A DNA stretch of 64,000 nt from Octopus vulgaris (GCA_951406725.2 OX597821.1:107570001-107634000); one strand, 5' to 3'. Counted from the stretch's first letter, positions 12,908-27,567 are shown. Notes: generated by a model not told the origin, from the letters alone. Made by a program: numbers and translations.

Positions 12908-14769
12908 CAGACAGACGGGCAATGTGTATGCAAGTACATGTATTATATTATTGTATGCATATGTGTATTCACATACACGCATATACTTACATATTATATG
13001 TCTATGCATGCTTATATGTTTGTGCGTATCTTGTTGCACGTATATATAAATGTACGTGAACATGTATGTATGTCGTTATGTATGTATGTATGTACGTATG
13101 TATGCATGCATGCACGAATGCATGTATTCACGTACGTGTGTACGGGTATTTGAGTGTGTAATCAACAGTGTGTGCGTGTGGGTAGTCGGTGATTGATGAC
13201 ACTTAGAATTTTTACAGCAAAAGCCATAAATTTGAGGAGAGAAAAAATATGTAAGTCCGTCGAGAATATATTGTCCAGGTCAAAATTACATCGAATATAA
13301 TCAATTCTCATTCTTCAGTTTTAATTTGTCTGGTTATTTTGTATACAATTGCAAATTAATGATAGGCTCCGACGATTTCAAAAGCAAACATGGCGGTGTT
13401 TGGACATGAGTCGGACTCATACAACGGCAGACATGCAATCAATAACCAGTGAAACAAAAAATATGTTTTATTTTTAAAGTCATTAATCTGAGTATGAAAT
13501 GTCGCTTTGTGTACAGCCGCTGTGTTATTATATTTAATTTAGAAAGAAAAATGGGATAATAAAACGAGATGTCGTAATTCTTTTAGTTTTACTCTGATAT
13601 TAGTCATAAATTCTTTGTTGGCAGCTCCTAGTATTAGGTAGGCTGATGTCGTGTGAAGATTAGAACGAAAATCTTATTCTTTATTTGAACATTCATATAG
13701 CTCTATCAAACCGAACCGTTTATATTTACATTTGTACATATAAAAAATATTTTGATGGAACGATTTTCATGAAAGAACAAAGCTGTTACTCTTTTATTTG
13801 TTTCAGTCATTTGACTGCGGCCATGCTGGAGCACCGATTTTAGTCGAGCAAATCGACCCCAGGATTTATTCTTTGTAAGCCTGGTATTTATTCTATCGCC
13901 CTCTTTTGCCGAATCGCTAAGTTACGGGAACTTAAACTCACCAACATCGGTTGTCAAGCAATGTTGGGGGAACAAACACAGACACACGAACATATACACA
14001 CGCATACATATACATGCATACATACATACATACACACATACATACATACATACATACATACATACATACATACATACATGATGGCTGCCCCCTCGTTATC
14101 GAGTATGGCCATTGCACGAAGCTTAACTGTTATTGGTGCTGTGATCGAATGTGACTTTTATTTGCTTATTAAGGCTACAGCCAGCCATTCAGTTGAGACT
14201 CACAGCACCATCAACAATCATGAACAATGTTGTTATCGTGCAATGCCTGTGAAAGAAGATTTTTTTAAAGTGAGGAAAGGCTGTGCACTGAGTCAATCCT
14301 ACTCACTAAGCAACAGCAGCCATAATCCGAAAAGAAGAACAAATCAACATCATCGGTAACCACTGGGTCGCAGGTTTTATGTCGGAGTTATCCCAGTTAC
14401 CTGAGTTACCTTCTCCTAGAAGGATGCCCTAACAAAGGCTAGGAGTCCTTCACTCCCAATGGTTTAACCGCGCGATCGCGTATTCAGTCCAATTATTTCT
14501 ATGTCCCCGCACATGATACAGCCTTAAGCCTTAAGAGTAAAGAAAATACACATTTATCGAATGGCCGTTGACTCTCAAGAGTTCTTCCGACCTTTGACGG
14601 GTTTTGTTTTTCATCCCGCAGGGTGTCCAATAATCCCCCTCCTCACCAAGCAAGCTTGGTGGGGTTGCCGGTTTAGTCGCCGACGGCCCAACCAGGCAAC
14701 AGGTTGTACTGGGTTACATGTTACCAGTAGCACTCGAAAGTGACCTGACATAAATACATATATATATAC

Positions 14770-14820
<51 letters not shown>

Positions 14821-15030
14821 ATAAATGTAAAAAAACACAAACAGGGACAAGAACGCAAAACATTTAGAAGACGATACAAAAAAACGGACGGGACATTCGA
14901 AGCCTTCGATATATATGTATGTATGTGTGTAGGTATGTATGTATGTATGTATGTATGTATGTATGTATAGTATGTATGTATGTATGTATGTATGTATGTA
15001 TGAAAGAAGCCCGTCGTATATATGTATATG

Positions 15031-15078
<48 letters not shown>

Positions 15079-16199
15079 TACGACGGGCTTCTTTCAGTTT
15101 CCGTCAACCAAATCCACTCACAAGGCTTTGGTCGGCCCGAGACTATAGTAGAAGACACTTGCCCAAGGTGCCACGTAGTGGGACTGAACCCAGAACCATG
15201 GGGTTGGTAAGCAAGCTACTTACCACACAGCCACTCCTGCACCTATGTTAGATAAGAATCATCTCTAATTCAACATCCAAGATGGCGTCTAATTTTAATA
15301 TAAAGCTGACAATTTTGAGCGGAAGAGGCTGGTCGAGTGTGTCGTCCCCAGTGTCTAACTCATACTATTTTATTGGCCCCTAAAGGATAAAAGACGGTCT
15401 CGGGGTAATCTGAACTCAGAATGTAAAGAGCCGTGAGAAATGTCGCTAAACATTTTGCCCGGTGTGGTAACGATTTTAACAGTTCTCCATCTTCGTGCTA
15501 CATAATATTGCAAAAATTGTTCATAGTTACTGAAGATGAAATAAATAGAAGGAATGAAATCTGCTGCATGTTTTAAATCAATATGTGTGATTCGAAACTA
15601 AAATTTAAGTTCGGTGACTTCCTCCGAATATCACATAAGCATGTTAAAAAAGAAAATTTGAAAAAGCCGGCTGAAGTTGAATTCGCCAACTTTTTATAGC
15701 CATAAGCAAAAACTTATAGAATCTTCGATCTAGCAATTTGGTGTGAAAACTCGTACACTTCTTTTGAAGTTCTCCTCATCAACCACAGCAAGTCCGATAA
15801 CGATGAGGTAGGCCGTGGTCTTGAACTGGAAGACTGAAAGCGATGGTTCAAAACTCAGCAGAAACCTTGATATGAGTTTAATCTCTTCGTTATCATTTTC
15901 ATCAACTTCTTTGATGTAGTATCTTTTATTTGTTTATAATATTTATTTTACCGCTTAGGTGGTGGTAGGTGATTCTTCATTCATTTCAAAGTTACTGAAA
16001 CTTTTGGGTCAAAAACCGAAGACCTGGCCCAAAATGAATTCCACTAAGAGCACCCAATATCCAAATACTACTACTAATAATAATAATACGTTTAACAAAA
16101 ATAGCAAAAACAACAATAGCAAAAGCGTATACTGGACAGGCAGAACGCTAAATGGCACACACATAGGCATAGATATGACCCCACACCTCTGCACCCCCT

Positions 16200-19100
16200 C
16201 TTCCTGACTCCACTCATCCCACCACCCCGCTTCCTCGCACTGTTGTCACTATACCCCACAATCTCCCCCTCTCCGCTTCCGAGCGCTCTCTCCTCAGTAA
16301 GTGACTCCGCTTCACGCCTCTCACGCGCCACTGTGACGAATTCGAGACTCGGACCGACGTCAACGAGTTCCTGCGCCGCCTCAAACTTTGCGCATTCTTC
16401 CATGCGTCCCCGCAGCGTCACGACAATCAGGATTGCCTTTTGGAGCTGGGGCGCCGCCCATCCAACTGGACGCCGCCTCCAGGCCAATTTAGTAGCCTAG
16501 ATTTGTTCGTGAACGACTGCAACGCGTTGGTCAACCAGTTTAACTTTAAAAAAAGACCTCCCCGAGACAACCTCAGTCGGGCTGAATTGATTGCCCTTCG
16601 CCACCTCCGTCGCCGCAACGACAAACCAGCGGAAAAAGGCGGAGCAGTGGTGGTGTGGAGCGCAGATCTATACAGGGAGGAAGCGCTCAGTCAGCTTCAA
16701 AATCTCCTCTTCTATCGCCTCCTCCCCTCCGATCCCACCTCTTCCTACCAACAGCGAGTGTCCTCCACCATCAACGACCTCATCTCCTCATCTGCTCTCC
16801 CCCCCCCCCGCCACCAACCTCATCGCGGCACACCCCGCACCTCCACCATCTATTTCCTTCCCAAAATTCATAAACCCAATAACCCTGGGCGCCCCATCGT
16901 TTCCGCCTGTAATGCCCCACTGAACACCTTTCCCAATACTGCGACCACATCCTGTCCCCCTTAGTCGCAGCCCTCCCATCCCACATACATGACACCAACC
17001 ACGCCCTCCGTCTCTTCAATTCCTTTTCCTTCCCTTCCAGCCCCTCACACCTCCTCTTCACCTTAGACATAAAATCCCTGTATACGGCAATTCTCCACAA
17101 CGACGGCCTCTTAGCCCTCCAAGACTTCCTCGACCGTCGTCCCGACTCCACCCCAGCAACCCCACCCTTCTCCGCCTGGAAGAGCTCGTCCTCACCCTCA
17201 ACTGTTTCACGTTCGCCGGGGAAACGTACCAACAGTTGTCTGGGGTCGCGATGGGAACGAGAATGGGCCCCAATTTCGCCAATCTCTTTGTTGGCTACAT
17301 TGAGGCCCAAGTATTCTCCCAGTTCTCCAGGCCGACCCCAGAACTATACGGTCGCTACATAGACGACTGCATAGGCGCCACCTCCCTTTCCCGCGAACAA
17401 CTCTGCCACTTCATCTCCTGGTCCGTAGCACCCTCTCTTCTTCCCCCTCAGCCCCACACGGATCCTTCCCGTGCTCCAGATCCCGCTGCAACACCTGCCC
17501 CTTCATAACCAACACCACTGCTGTCACCGCTTCCAACCAGCGAACTGTACGTGTCAGACATTCTTTTACGTGCACTTCGTCTGGTCTCATATACTGCATT
17601 AAATGCAACCTCTGCGGAATGCTGTATGTAGGACAGACGGGACGCCGGTTGTCAGACCGATTCACCGAACATCTAAGGGATATTCGTCTACGGTCCAATT
17701 CTCCTGTCGCACGTCACTTCCGCTCGGCCAGCCATTCCCCGATGACTTCTCTGTGTTTGGTCTCGCCCCACACAACGGTCCTCCACAATCGAGGCTCCAC
17801 TTGGAGCAACGATTCATTTTCTCTCTACAGACCAATACCCCACACGGACTCAACACAGCCCCCTCCTCTTAGCGTCTGCGCTCCACCTCTCCCCACTAGC
17901 ATTTAAAAAAAAATATTTTGTCCTTATACAGAAACACATACACACACATACTCACGTATCCACGAACACACCTACTTCCAACACACCACACACATACAAC
18001 ATACATGCATATGTACGCATACATACTTCCACACCTATACACACCCCCACACCCCCACGCGCACACACACATGCCCGTGCACACAAACCAACAAACAATA
18101 CTCATACAGATACGCACACTCTTATAAACACATAGCAGAGACATACACACATACACGCACGTAAGCGCACACACGCACACAAGCACAGGCATGTACATTA
18201 CGCCCACACAACTAGAAAAAAACACACACACACACGCATACATTCACACACACACACACATACATACGTACACACATACATACGTTCATACATACATACA
18301 TACACACACACATTCATACACACACATACACACACATACATACATACACACATGCATACACACATACACGCACACATACACACATACATACATACACACA
18401 TACACACACACATACACACATACACGCATACACGCATGCACACATACATACATACATACATACACACATACACATACATACATACACACACACACACTTA
18501 CACGCATACATACATACATACACACATACACACACATACATAAATACATACATACATACATACACACACACACGCACATACACACACACACACATACACA
18601 CACACACACACAGATACATACATACATACATACATGCATATGGGGTTGGCTGTATTGCAGGCGTGCGTCAGTGTGTGTATGTGTGTGCCTGTGGATTCAC
18701 ATACACCCACACCAATTTTTTTCCATCAATCTTTCAATTATAATGTGTGTGCTTGCATACATATATATACACACATATAAACATATAAACACACATATAA
18801 ACCTCTACATTTGTACACACACGCACGTGTATACATACATTCACTCGCACGCACGTACACACACACGCACACACATACACACATTTACATATATATACAA
18901 TACACGCACACACACATACAAACACACACATATTCACATACACACCGACACATACACATACACACAATATATACCTATACGCGCACACATACACATACGT
19001 ACACACATATAAGCACAGACACACACACATACGCACACAAAAACATGCGCACACATACGCACACACGCACACCAATGCACACACCCAAAACTTACAACCC

Positions 19101-19875
19101 CACGGATACACGCATATACATCCATATACGCTTACACACACACATACAAATGCACACATACACGCACACACAACTACACGCAATACATACACACACACAC
19201 ACAAATGAATCCACACATACATCCCATACACACGGCACACAATTATACATACATATATGTACAAGCACACACGCACACATACACTAAGTTAAGCACAGTT
19301 ACTCTCCACACACCCAAACTCTACGTATACACACACTACAAACAAAACACACACACGATACATATACATACACGCACACACACATACCTCTTTGTTTTGA
19401 CCTGTGGCTGGACACAAAAAAGACCACTCCTTATTCTTACAAACTGGCCAGCTACTAGCCAGTTGTTCGCCATACACACATACACACACACACGCACGCA
19501 CACACACGTGTCATCATTGCACACATAAACACACGCGCACACGCAGACCTCCGCGCACGCACACATCCACACACATTTCCCCCTCACTTTCCTTGTCTTT
19601 GACATACTACCTACTGTCTTTGAAAACTATTATTCTTCCACCTTTCTACTTCCGGTCTTTCAATATGTGACCTCGTGAGTACCGCTGTCGATTTTTTTCC
19701 TCTGTCTTCCCTTCTCGGGATCTTTCCTTCTCCTATGTTTCCGACGAAGAGCTCCGCTCGAAACGTTAAGCCCTCCTTCTTCCCGTCTTTCCTGAGCGTC
19801 CAATAATACTTTATTTGTTCCAGGTCCTCGCGTTGTTGTGTTTTTTTTGTGTGTGTTTTCTTGTTTGGATTAACT
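16200..19875 (+). mobile_element. Penelope-like retroelement (Neptune-like), frameshifted and internally deleted, with CA-rich 3' region and hammerhead-containing terminus
   Basis: RT motifs KPAEKGGAVVVW, YFLPKIHKPNNPGRPIVS, LFTLDIKSLYT, GVAMGTRMGPNFANLFVG and YGRYIDD. Cys linker CSRSRCNTC. GIY-YIG IYCIKCNLCGMLYVGQTGRRLSDRFTEH...HGLN ends at 17872. The thumb region is missing near 17420. The element ends in (TA)n. Confidence 0.9.
19737..19771 (+). ncRNA. Minimal type-I hammerhead ribozyme motif (variant core) at the PLE 3' end
   Basis: gttt CCGACGA A GAGC-tcc-GCTC GAAA CG TT aagc: stem I, stem II and a palindromic ACGT stem III. Confidence 0.65.
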
Positions 19876-19877
19876 TT

Positions 19878-19936
<59 letters not shown>

Positions 19937-19945
19937 ATATATATA

Positions 19946-20187
19946 GTGGGTTGGTGCATAATTATTGCGGTCTTTTCTGAACAAACTTTATTCAACAAAA
20001 CCATGTAACAAAAACATCTTTAAACGATTATTCCGGAGCATATTCACCATCTACTTCAATTACTGCTTCCTGTTTGCTTCGCAGACGGTCAGATCGTCAT
20101 TTAAAGATGCTTTTGTTAAATATTGTTATTGTTTTTGTCGAATAAAATTTGTTGAAAAAAAGCCGCAATAATTATGCACCAACCCAT
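19946..20187. mobile_element. mariner-type MITE
   Basis: TIR tgggttggtgcataattattgcgg / ccgcaataattatgcaccaaccca resembles the Hsmar1/MADE1 TIR; TA context. Confidence 0.8.
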
Positions 20188-20216
20188 ATATATATAGGGA
20201 GAGAGAGCGTGAGAGA

Positions 20217-20256
<40 letters not shown>

Positions 20257-20276
20257 TCAAAGTGTACGTACGTCGC

Positions 20277-20329
<53 letters not shown>

Positions 20330-20732
20330 CAAAATGAGACAAGAACGCAAAACATCCGGACAGCTAGGTGATACAAAAATTCAATACGTCCTTAATCGAA
20401 AGACACCTATTGTTATGTCCTGTTATTATTTTTATTGTATTTATATTTGTGTAACATCGTTCGATTTTTCCGTCCTTGTTTTTGTGTACATTCGCTGCTT
20501 TCTTCCAAGGAATCTAATGCTCTTAGCTTAGTTTTTCCTTGGGGATGGCCAGATTGGAGCAATGTCAAGAATAATCAGCCGAAATTGCGAGGATAATCTG
20601 GTGCTTGACTGAGGAAAGAAAATTTCGAATGACCCGTACTTGTTTTCTTTGTATCGTTTATCTGGATGTTTTGTTGTCCTTTTTTGTATCATCTAACTGT
20701 CCGGATTTTTGCGTTCTTGTCCAATTTTGTAT

Positions 20733-20832
<100 letters not shown>

Positions 20833-22016
20833 TGCCATTTAACGTTCTACCTGTCCAGCATACGCTTTTGCCATTGTTGTTTTTGCTATTTTTGTTATAT
20901 GTATGATTATTAGTATTTTTATTATTGTTGTTGTTGCTCATCCTGTTGCTATTTGTTTGCTTGTTTGTTTGTTTAGCGAAGCGGTCTTCGTCCTAGGAGA
21001 AGTCCGAAACGTGGTCCTTTGCTATTCGTAAGACCCGCAGAAGGTCAACCCCCATCGACGGATGGATGAATGTGCATCCAGGCTCAGCGGTTGCGTAGGA
21101 AGTCGGGGACAAGAAACAGGATGAAAGAGTGAGAGAAAGTTGGAGCGAAAGACTGCAACAGGGGTCGCCACCACCCTCTGCCAGAGCCTCGTGGAGCTTT
21201 AGGTGTTTTCACTCAATAAACACGCACAACGCCCGGTCTGGGAATCGAAACCGCGACTCCGCTGCCCTAACCAGTGGGCCATTGCGCCTCAACTGCTGTT
21301 GCTGTTGCTGTTGACGCTATAATTGTTCGTGTTGCTCTTTTTGTTGAAACCCTAATGCTTTAAGCACGACATTTAACACAACCATCTGCAGAACGAAATC
21401 CACTGAAGATCAATTTTGAGGGATGAACTGAACGAGGGAAAGAATAAAATAAAATAAATTAAAAAATAAAACGATGTTAGTAATTCTAGATAAACGAAAA
21501 GACAATTTCTACTTATTATCTTGAATCAAGTTAATTGAAATCGTGATAATTAAAGGGATAGGCATTCGTTAAACTGCATCAACATTTCCTGCTAAATTGA
21601 ACAGAAACAAAAAAAACCCCAGCTTAGTGAAATGTGATGACACATCAATTCGCAAGTAATGCATTTCGAAGATTTTGTGTGTGTGTTTTTAGCTTCGGGC
21701 CCTCTTTCGTGAAATGTCATTTTACAAACGCTCCCTTATCGTGTTTTGGAACAGAAAGGAAGAATAAAAGAAGGAAAGAAGAGAAACAGCAGATTGTGTT
21801 AATCAAACATTGGAATTAATTAGCTATATATCTATTTCTTTTTTTATTATTCTAATCCACCATGCGTTTGTCAGTTTTTAGCTATTTCTATGAATGAAAA
21901 CTTTTTCTTCAATATCTAAAAGAAATTGCTAAAGACGACGAAGCTATATGAAGGTTTCGAATTTTGGCACAAAGCCAGCATTTTCGAGAAGGAAAGTCGA
22001 CTCCAAAATTTACTGG

Positions 22017-22450
22017 GGATCTTCTCGGTTTGAACGGCAGTTTTTTCTAGCGGTGTCATATGAAATTGTCACCCATAGTTATGACCCTAGTATCGATCTA
22101 CTGCATTTCAATCTGTTTTAGGGTTAGGTTTAGTTAGGGTTAGGGTTAAGAGTGGGAGGAAGGGTATCTTTTTTTCTTCACAAATGTAAATAAACCCAAT
22201 CTGTTTCTTAAACGAGGGACATATTCATACGGTACAGAATGTTTTTTTACCTCAATGGACGTCATTGATTGGTTGAAATTGCAGAAATTGAAGAAAAAAA
22301 ACAAAAAATATCTTACAAACTATAAAATTTTCTCAATAAAGCCAAGAGAAAAAGATGTTTTATAAACACATTCTACCAGTATACGAAGTTTAAAATTTTT
22401 TAGTTACCTTGAAATTATGTTAAAAACTGCCGTTCAAACCGAAAAGATTC
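22017..22450 (+). mobile_element. Same MITE, copy 3, inserted in a SINE
   Basis: Both TIRs present; perfect TSD TTTACTGG. Confidence 0.9.
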
Positions 22451-22902
22451 TTTACTGGTACTTATATTATCGATTCCCGAAATGATGAAAGGCAAAGTCA
22501 ACCACAACGGAATTTGAGCTCAGAACATGGCGACCGGTGTGTAGCAGCTCTGTGTTTAATCTTGGCTCACATGCAAATATATATTTCTCCATTTCAAAGT
22601 TGGCTCAGTCGACTTTGTGTGGTTGCACCTTTTGTGTCGTTCACTATGATTGGTTAGAATAGAACGTTTCTGTCTGCTTCCGGTTTGGCGTTTGTATAAG
22701 ACATAACAGTCGCCATTTCTCACGAGAGAGTTTTCCTGCCTTCGCTTTAGAATATTTAGTCAAACGGTCACCACTTTTAGTAGTCCGTAAGTGTGTCCGG
22801 TAGTTGAGCGTGCGACGCTTGGCTAAATTATATCTTCTTCTGGTACGGTCGATTAGTTAGTTGGTTGGTCGGTTGGCTGGACGGTTGGTTGGTCTATAAC
22901 AC

Positions 22903-23581
22903 GATCTTTTCAATCTGACCGACAGATTTTTTAATTAATTTGTTAAAACTAAACACTTTGAAACTTCGGATACTGGTAGAATGTGTCACATAGGAAAGGG
23001 TTTACTCTATACGTTTTTGACAAAATTTTGTAATTTAGAAGTTATTTCGTGTTAAAGTTGTCGTATTTGGGTAATTTTAACCAATCAATGACGTGTATTC
23101 AACTGAAGAAAATTACTGCTGCTGTTTGCGAACAACAACTTCCGGGTCCACTCCCCTAACAACATAGGTTGTGGTTGCATGACCTGCTAGAAAAAGTAGC
23201 CAAACTTTTTTTTTTATACAAAACAGAAAAACCTCTATCCTGTGATATATACGTAGAATCCATTATGTTTGGGAAGAAAGACGGAATGGTCACAGTTGGA
23301 ACCAAATAACAAGTGACGAAGGAAACGAGACGAGGCAACGGGAGAGCCTTTATCTGGTCACTGTAGTTGCTAGAAAGAGCAACCAAATCTTTCTGACAAA
23401 AAGAAAAATGAAATTTCCGTCTTCAAGAAAAAAAAATGCAAACTTTAGCTCAATACACGTCATTGATTGGTTAAAATTACGCAAATACGACAACTCTAAG
23501 ACGAAATAATTTCTAAAATACAAAATTTTGTCAAAAATGTTAAGAGTAAACCTATTCTATGTGACACATTCTACCAGTATC
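22903..23581. mobile_element. Sister MITE family with long inverted arms, right end cut by a LINE
   Basis: 22970-23105 and 23448-23581 are inverted repeats. It shares actaaacactt..aaacttcg.atactggtagaatgtgt and accaatcaatgacgt with the TTAGGG MITE. Confidence 0.65.
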
Positions 23582-24605
23582 AGACGGCTTTAGTTCCTTC
23601 GTGTTTTAGCACACGGACATTAGCTCTGACAACACACTCATGTTTCACCTCAAATAAATGGTCAATGGCCATTCTCGCTGCTAGCACGTCGGTCACGATG
23701 CCTTTATTAATCACCTCTTCTAATTCGCTAACTAGTTCTCCTAATCTACTTCCTTCTGTGGCAAGCTCTTTGCTAAACGCTATCGATTCCACTCTAATTG
23801 TCCTTTTCAGGGTAATCCACCACTGGTTGTTGGCCATTGCCTCCGTCAACTATCGCTTATTTTGTTCGCTGATCTGGTCCTTATAGTTTCGTGTGCTGCC
23901 AGTAAGGACACGTTCAACATCCAGTAACCGGGTCCCTATCTACGGCTCCTATCTAAATCGACTATGCAGATCATTATTTTGTGGTCTATGAAGCTAGCCA
24001 ATTTGAATTAGAGACAACCTATGCTATCCCTTTGTTAACCTAACAAATACTCTAGATACAATCTGGATAGCCCATTGTGGTAGCTCGATATCAACACTGG
24101 CACATCAGGGAAATCCACTTAATAGCTGTCAAACAGCTAGAAGTTTCTTAGGTTTCAGAGACTTTACCATGCTTTTCTGCTATGTATTAGACCTACACAG
24201 TACTTTCATGCATCCAAAATACTATTCCAGTTCCCCACTAGTACTAAAGGTGGAACGTTCCCAAGAATGTTTTTAGACGCCAGAAGAAATCTGTCCTTCC
24301 AGCCTCTGTCGGGGCGGAAACGGCCACCTTCGCTTCGATTCACGTCCAGGACCACCACCTTGCCATCCGAGTCCAAGAAAATTGACCGTACTTGGAGATC
24401 TTTAATTTCCAGAATAGCACTACTACACCGCCCTCCAATAAGCCACAAGATGTAGTCTTCTAAAATGGATGCTAGGGCATGCATTCAGGAAATTCTTGCC
24501 AGTCACTTCTAAATCAAGCGACCTGATATCGTTGAGCAAGTTACTTTGTTTCCAAGATAATACCAAGCCATGCACATTCACACACCCTACTCCCAGCACA
24601 GTCAT
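23582..24605 (-). mobile_element. Tx1/L1-clade LINE ORF2 fragment (APE endonuclease), decayed
   Basis: GCVNVHGL, DSDGKVVVLDV, LVLVGNWNSILDA, YLDRVF, DHK, GPGYWMLN and WWITLKRTIR read across frameshifts. Confidence 0.8.
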
Positions 24606-24939
24606 GCTAGTCGGAGAAAGTAAAAGAGGTCAAGAGGTCACTCATCTTGATTTTCGCGAAGCTCATATATTCCGGGCCTCTCTACTGGTGAACGTTTTCC
24701 AAAAAACCGTTTGTATATTGTCTTTTTTAAAATACCAACACTAACTAGGAATTTTTCACGGAATACTTTATAAACGTCTGAGGACGTTTATATTAATAGT
24801 CTGTCCTTTGGGGTTTTGAGTTTAAATCCTTGAATTCCTTTCCCTCTGTCTCAATTTTGTTTCTATGTTGATTTATGAACTCCATTAATTCACTTGCTTT
24901 TGTTCACAACAATAAAATTAATGAATACATTTTGCATAT

Positions 24940-25445
24940 CACCTTGATCACCTTCACCGACCAGTCCGTCGGGCGTCCATTTGACACCGCTGTCCAATCC
25001 TCTCTGGATCGCGCCTTTCTCATCCACGTGATCCCAATCGTCCTTCTGAAATCGTAACTCCACCGTCGTGGAGGCCATCCGGGTGGTCGTTTCCGATCGC
25101 ACGGATACCACTCTACAACTGCGCGGGTCCACCGATTATCGGTGAGCCGGGCGATGTGTCCAGCCCATCTAAACTAGCTGCGTGTATACTCTGCAATGAC
25201 ATCCCTCACGCTGGACTTCTCTTTGATGACCTCCTTACTTATGTGCTCTCTCAACGAGATACCAAGCATTGACTTTTCTATGGCTCATTGAGCCGTTACC
25301 AGTTTCTGCTCTTCTCTCTTTGTTGTAGCCCATGTTTCACTACCATATAACATCGAAAAGGAGATCTCACGGAGAGTAAGGGTCGGATGGAAGGTGTTTA
25401 ATGGCATAAGGGATGTGCTCAAGGGAAGGTTGGACAGGACCTTGC
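24940..25445 (-). mobile_element. RTE-clade LINE 3' fragment with inverted 5' piece
   Basis: Minus strand: MLYGSETWATTKREEQKL...RWAGHIAR...KRPPGWPPRRW. Plus strand 25354-25445: EKEISRRVRVGWKVFNGIRDVLKGRLDRTL. Confidence 0.8.
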
Positions 25446-25837
25446 AAAACAAGGGGCATCTCTAAACAGAGATACTGCCTGTGCAGTCCAGGCAATGTTA
25501 AAAACAAGGCTTTACCAATTAAAATAACTGAATGGAGCCTTCACAGGCCGAAAAGATTGAAGGCACATTTACACAGCTCCCAGTTACCGTGTCTTTCTTG
25601 TATGGCAGCAACGACGATAATAATCCTTTCTACAAGAGTCATAAGGCTTAAAATTTGTGGTGAGGGTTATAGTCAATATACATCGACCCCAGTACTCAAC
25701 TGGTACTTAATTTATCGACACCGAAAGGATGAAAGGTAACGTCGACCTCGGCGGAATTTGAACTTGGAACATAACGACAGACGAAATACTGCTAAGCATT
25801 TCACCCGGCGTGCTAACTATTCTGCCAGCTCGCCGCC

Positions 25838-25870
<33 letters not shown>

Positions 25871-26691
25871 TATCAACAACAAAAACACTATTAATAATGA
25901 TGATGATAAATGTCGGCTTTCACATATTTATTTACAGTTAATCAAAAAGGAAAATATATAAATCCCTTTGTTTCATTTCTTTTTTTTTTTTCTTTTTCAT
26001 GACCCCTTCTAACAATTGTTGATATTTTATGACAAATTGGTACATTTTTTGTTTGTTTCTTTTTTTAATATTTTTTTTTTTTACCTTTTATTGTAGAATA
26101 GATGCACCCTGCCCCAACCAACCAATGCAATACAGTTTTGTTTCCGCATTTTAAATAGACAAAAGAAAAAAAATAACAATCAAAGAAAAAAACGGAAATC
26201 TTGAAAACAAACACACAAAAAAAAAAACCTCCCAAAAACAGAAAACAATCTTTTAAAAAAAAAGCCTATTTGAAAACAAAAATTTTCCACCCGCAAAAAA
26301 TCTGAAAAATGATTATGTTATTTAAAAACCAATCACAAAATTAATAATAATAATAATAATAATAATCCTTTCCACTAGAGGCACAAGGCCTGAAAACAAT
26401 AATAGTAATTACTATTTTACTTATTTATTATTATTATTATTATTATTAATGAAGTGAGAGGAATGTGGAATGAAGCACAGAGGAGAAAGGCTGTAGCTGG
26501 GGCTTCCGCTTTTGGTCGAAGTATGTAATGTGAAACTCCTGAAGGAGGAGGAGGAGGTGGAGGAGAAAGAGAGTAGTAGTAGTAGAGGTTATACTAGTAG
26601 TAGTAGTAGTTATAGTAGAGGTTATAATAGTAGAAATTATAGTAGTAGTAGTTGTAGTAAAGGTAGTAGGAAAAATAGTAGTAGTAGTAGT

Positions 26692-26726
<35 letters not shown>

Positions 26727-27567
26727 TAGTAGTAGTAATTACCCTCTGAGCTATGTCCCCCACTTTTTCTCATTTAATAAATTTTTTTTTATTTACCAAT
26801 AAGCAAGAATTTCCCAGCAAAACAATTGATTTACATTTATACTAAATGCAGATGCAGACACAGAGAGGAAAACAAATCAACAAAACAAAAAGAGAAAAAT
26901 ATAAATATCTGCAAAAAAAAAACAAGACATAAGTCAATGTAATTGGAATTGAGTAGCATGATTGATAAATCAATATGTAACAGAATGATTGATTGGAACA
27001 GTACTGGAGTTTCAAGTCCTGCTGGACACCACTCAGTGTATCTATCAACCACGGGACAATAAGAGTTAGAGATGAACCAAAGACTTGCTTTATTTTAAAT
27101 TCTTTCATTCTTTCACTTGAGCTTCCTGCATACATAAATACAATGGTGTGTGTGTGTGTGTATGTGTGTGTGCGTGTGTGTGTGTGTGCATGTGTGTCCA
27201 TAACTGCATTTAATATAAACAAAAAGGAAAAGACAACAAAATTTAAATAAAGATTTAACTTCCACCCACAAACACTGCGATACCCTCAATTGTGACACAC
27301 ACATTCCATTTTTGTATTGCAATTTTTGTTTGGTATTTGTGTTTTTGCATTTTTTCTTAGTTTTGGCATTTTTTTTACATTGTTTTTATTTTCCTTGATC
27401 CTTTACAGACATGCGAATTCCTGTACAACGAAGATATTTATTTGCTGGTTATCATCGGACCATTCGCCAGAGTAATTCTGAGTGGCTGTTTTGTCATGGT
27501 GTTAAGAATGTTTGAATTTAATTTTTTACAGAGTGTTGTTAGTTTTTTTTTTGCTTTTAGTGTCCCC

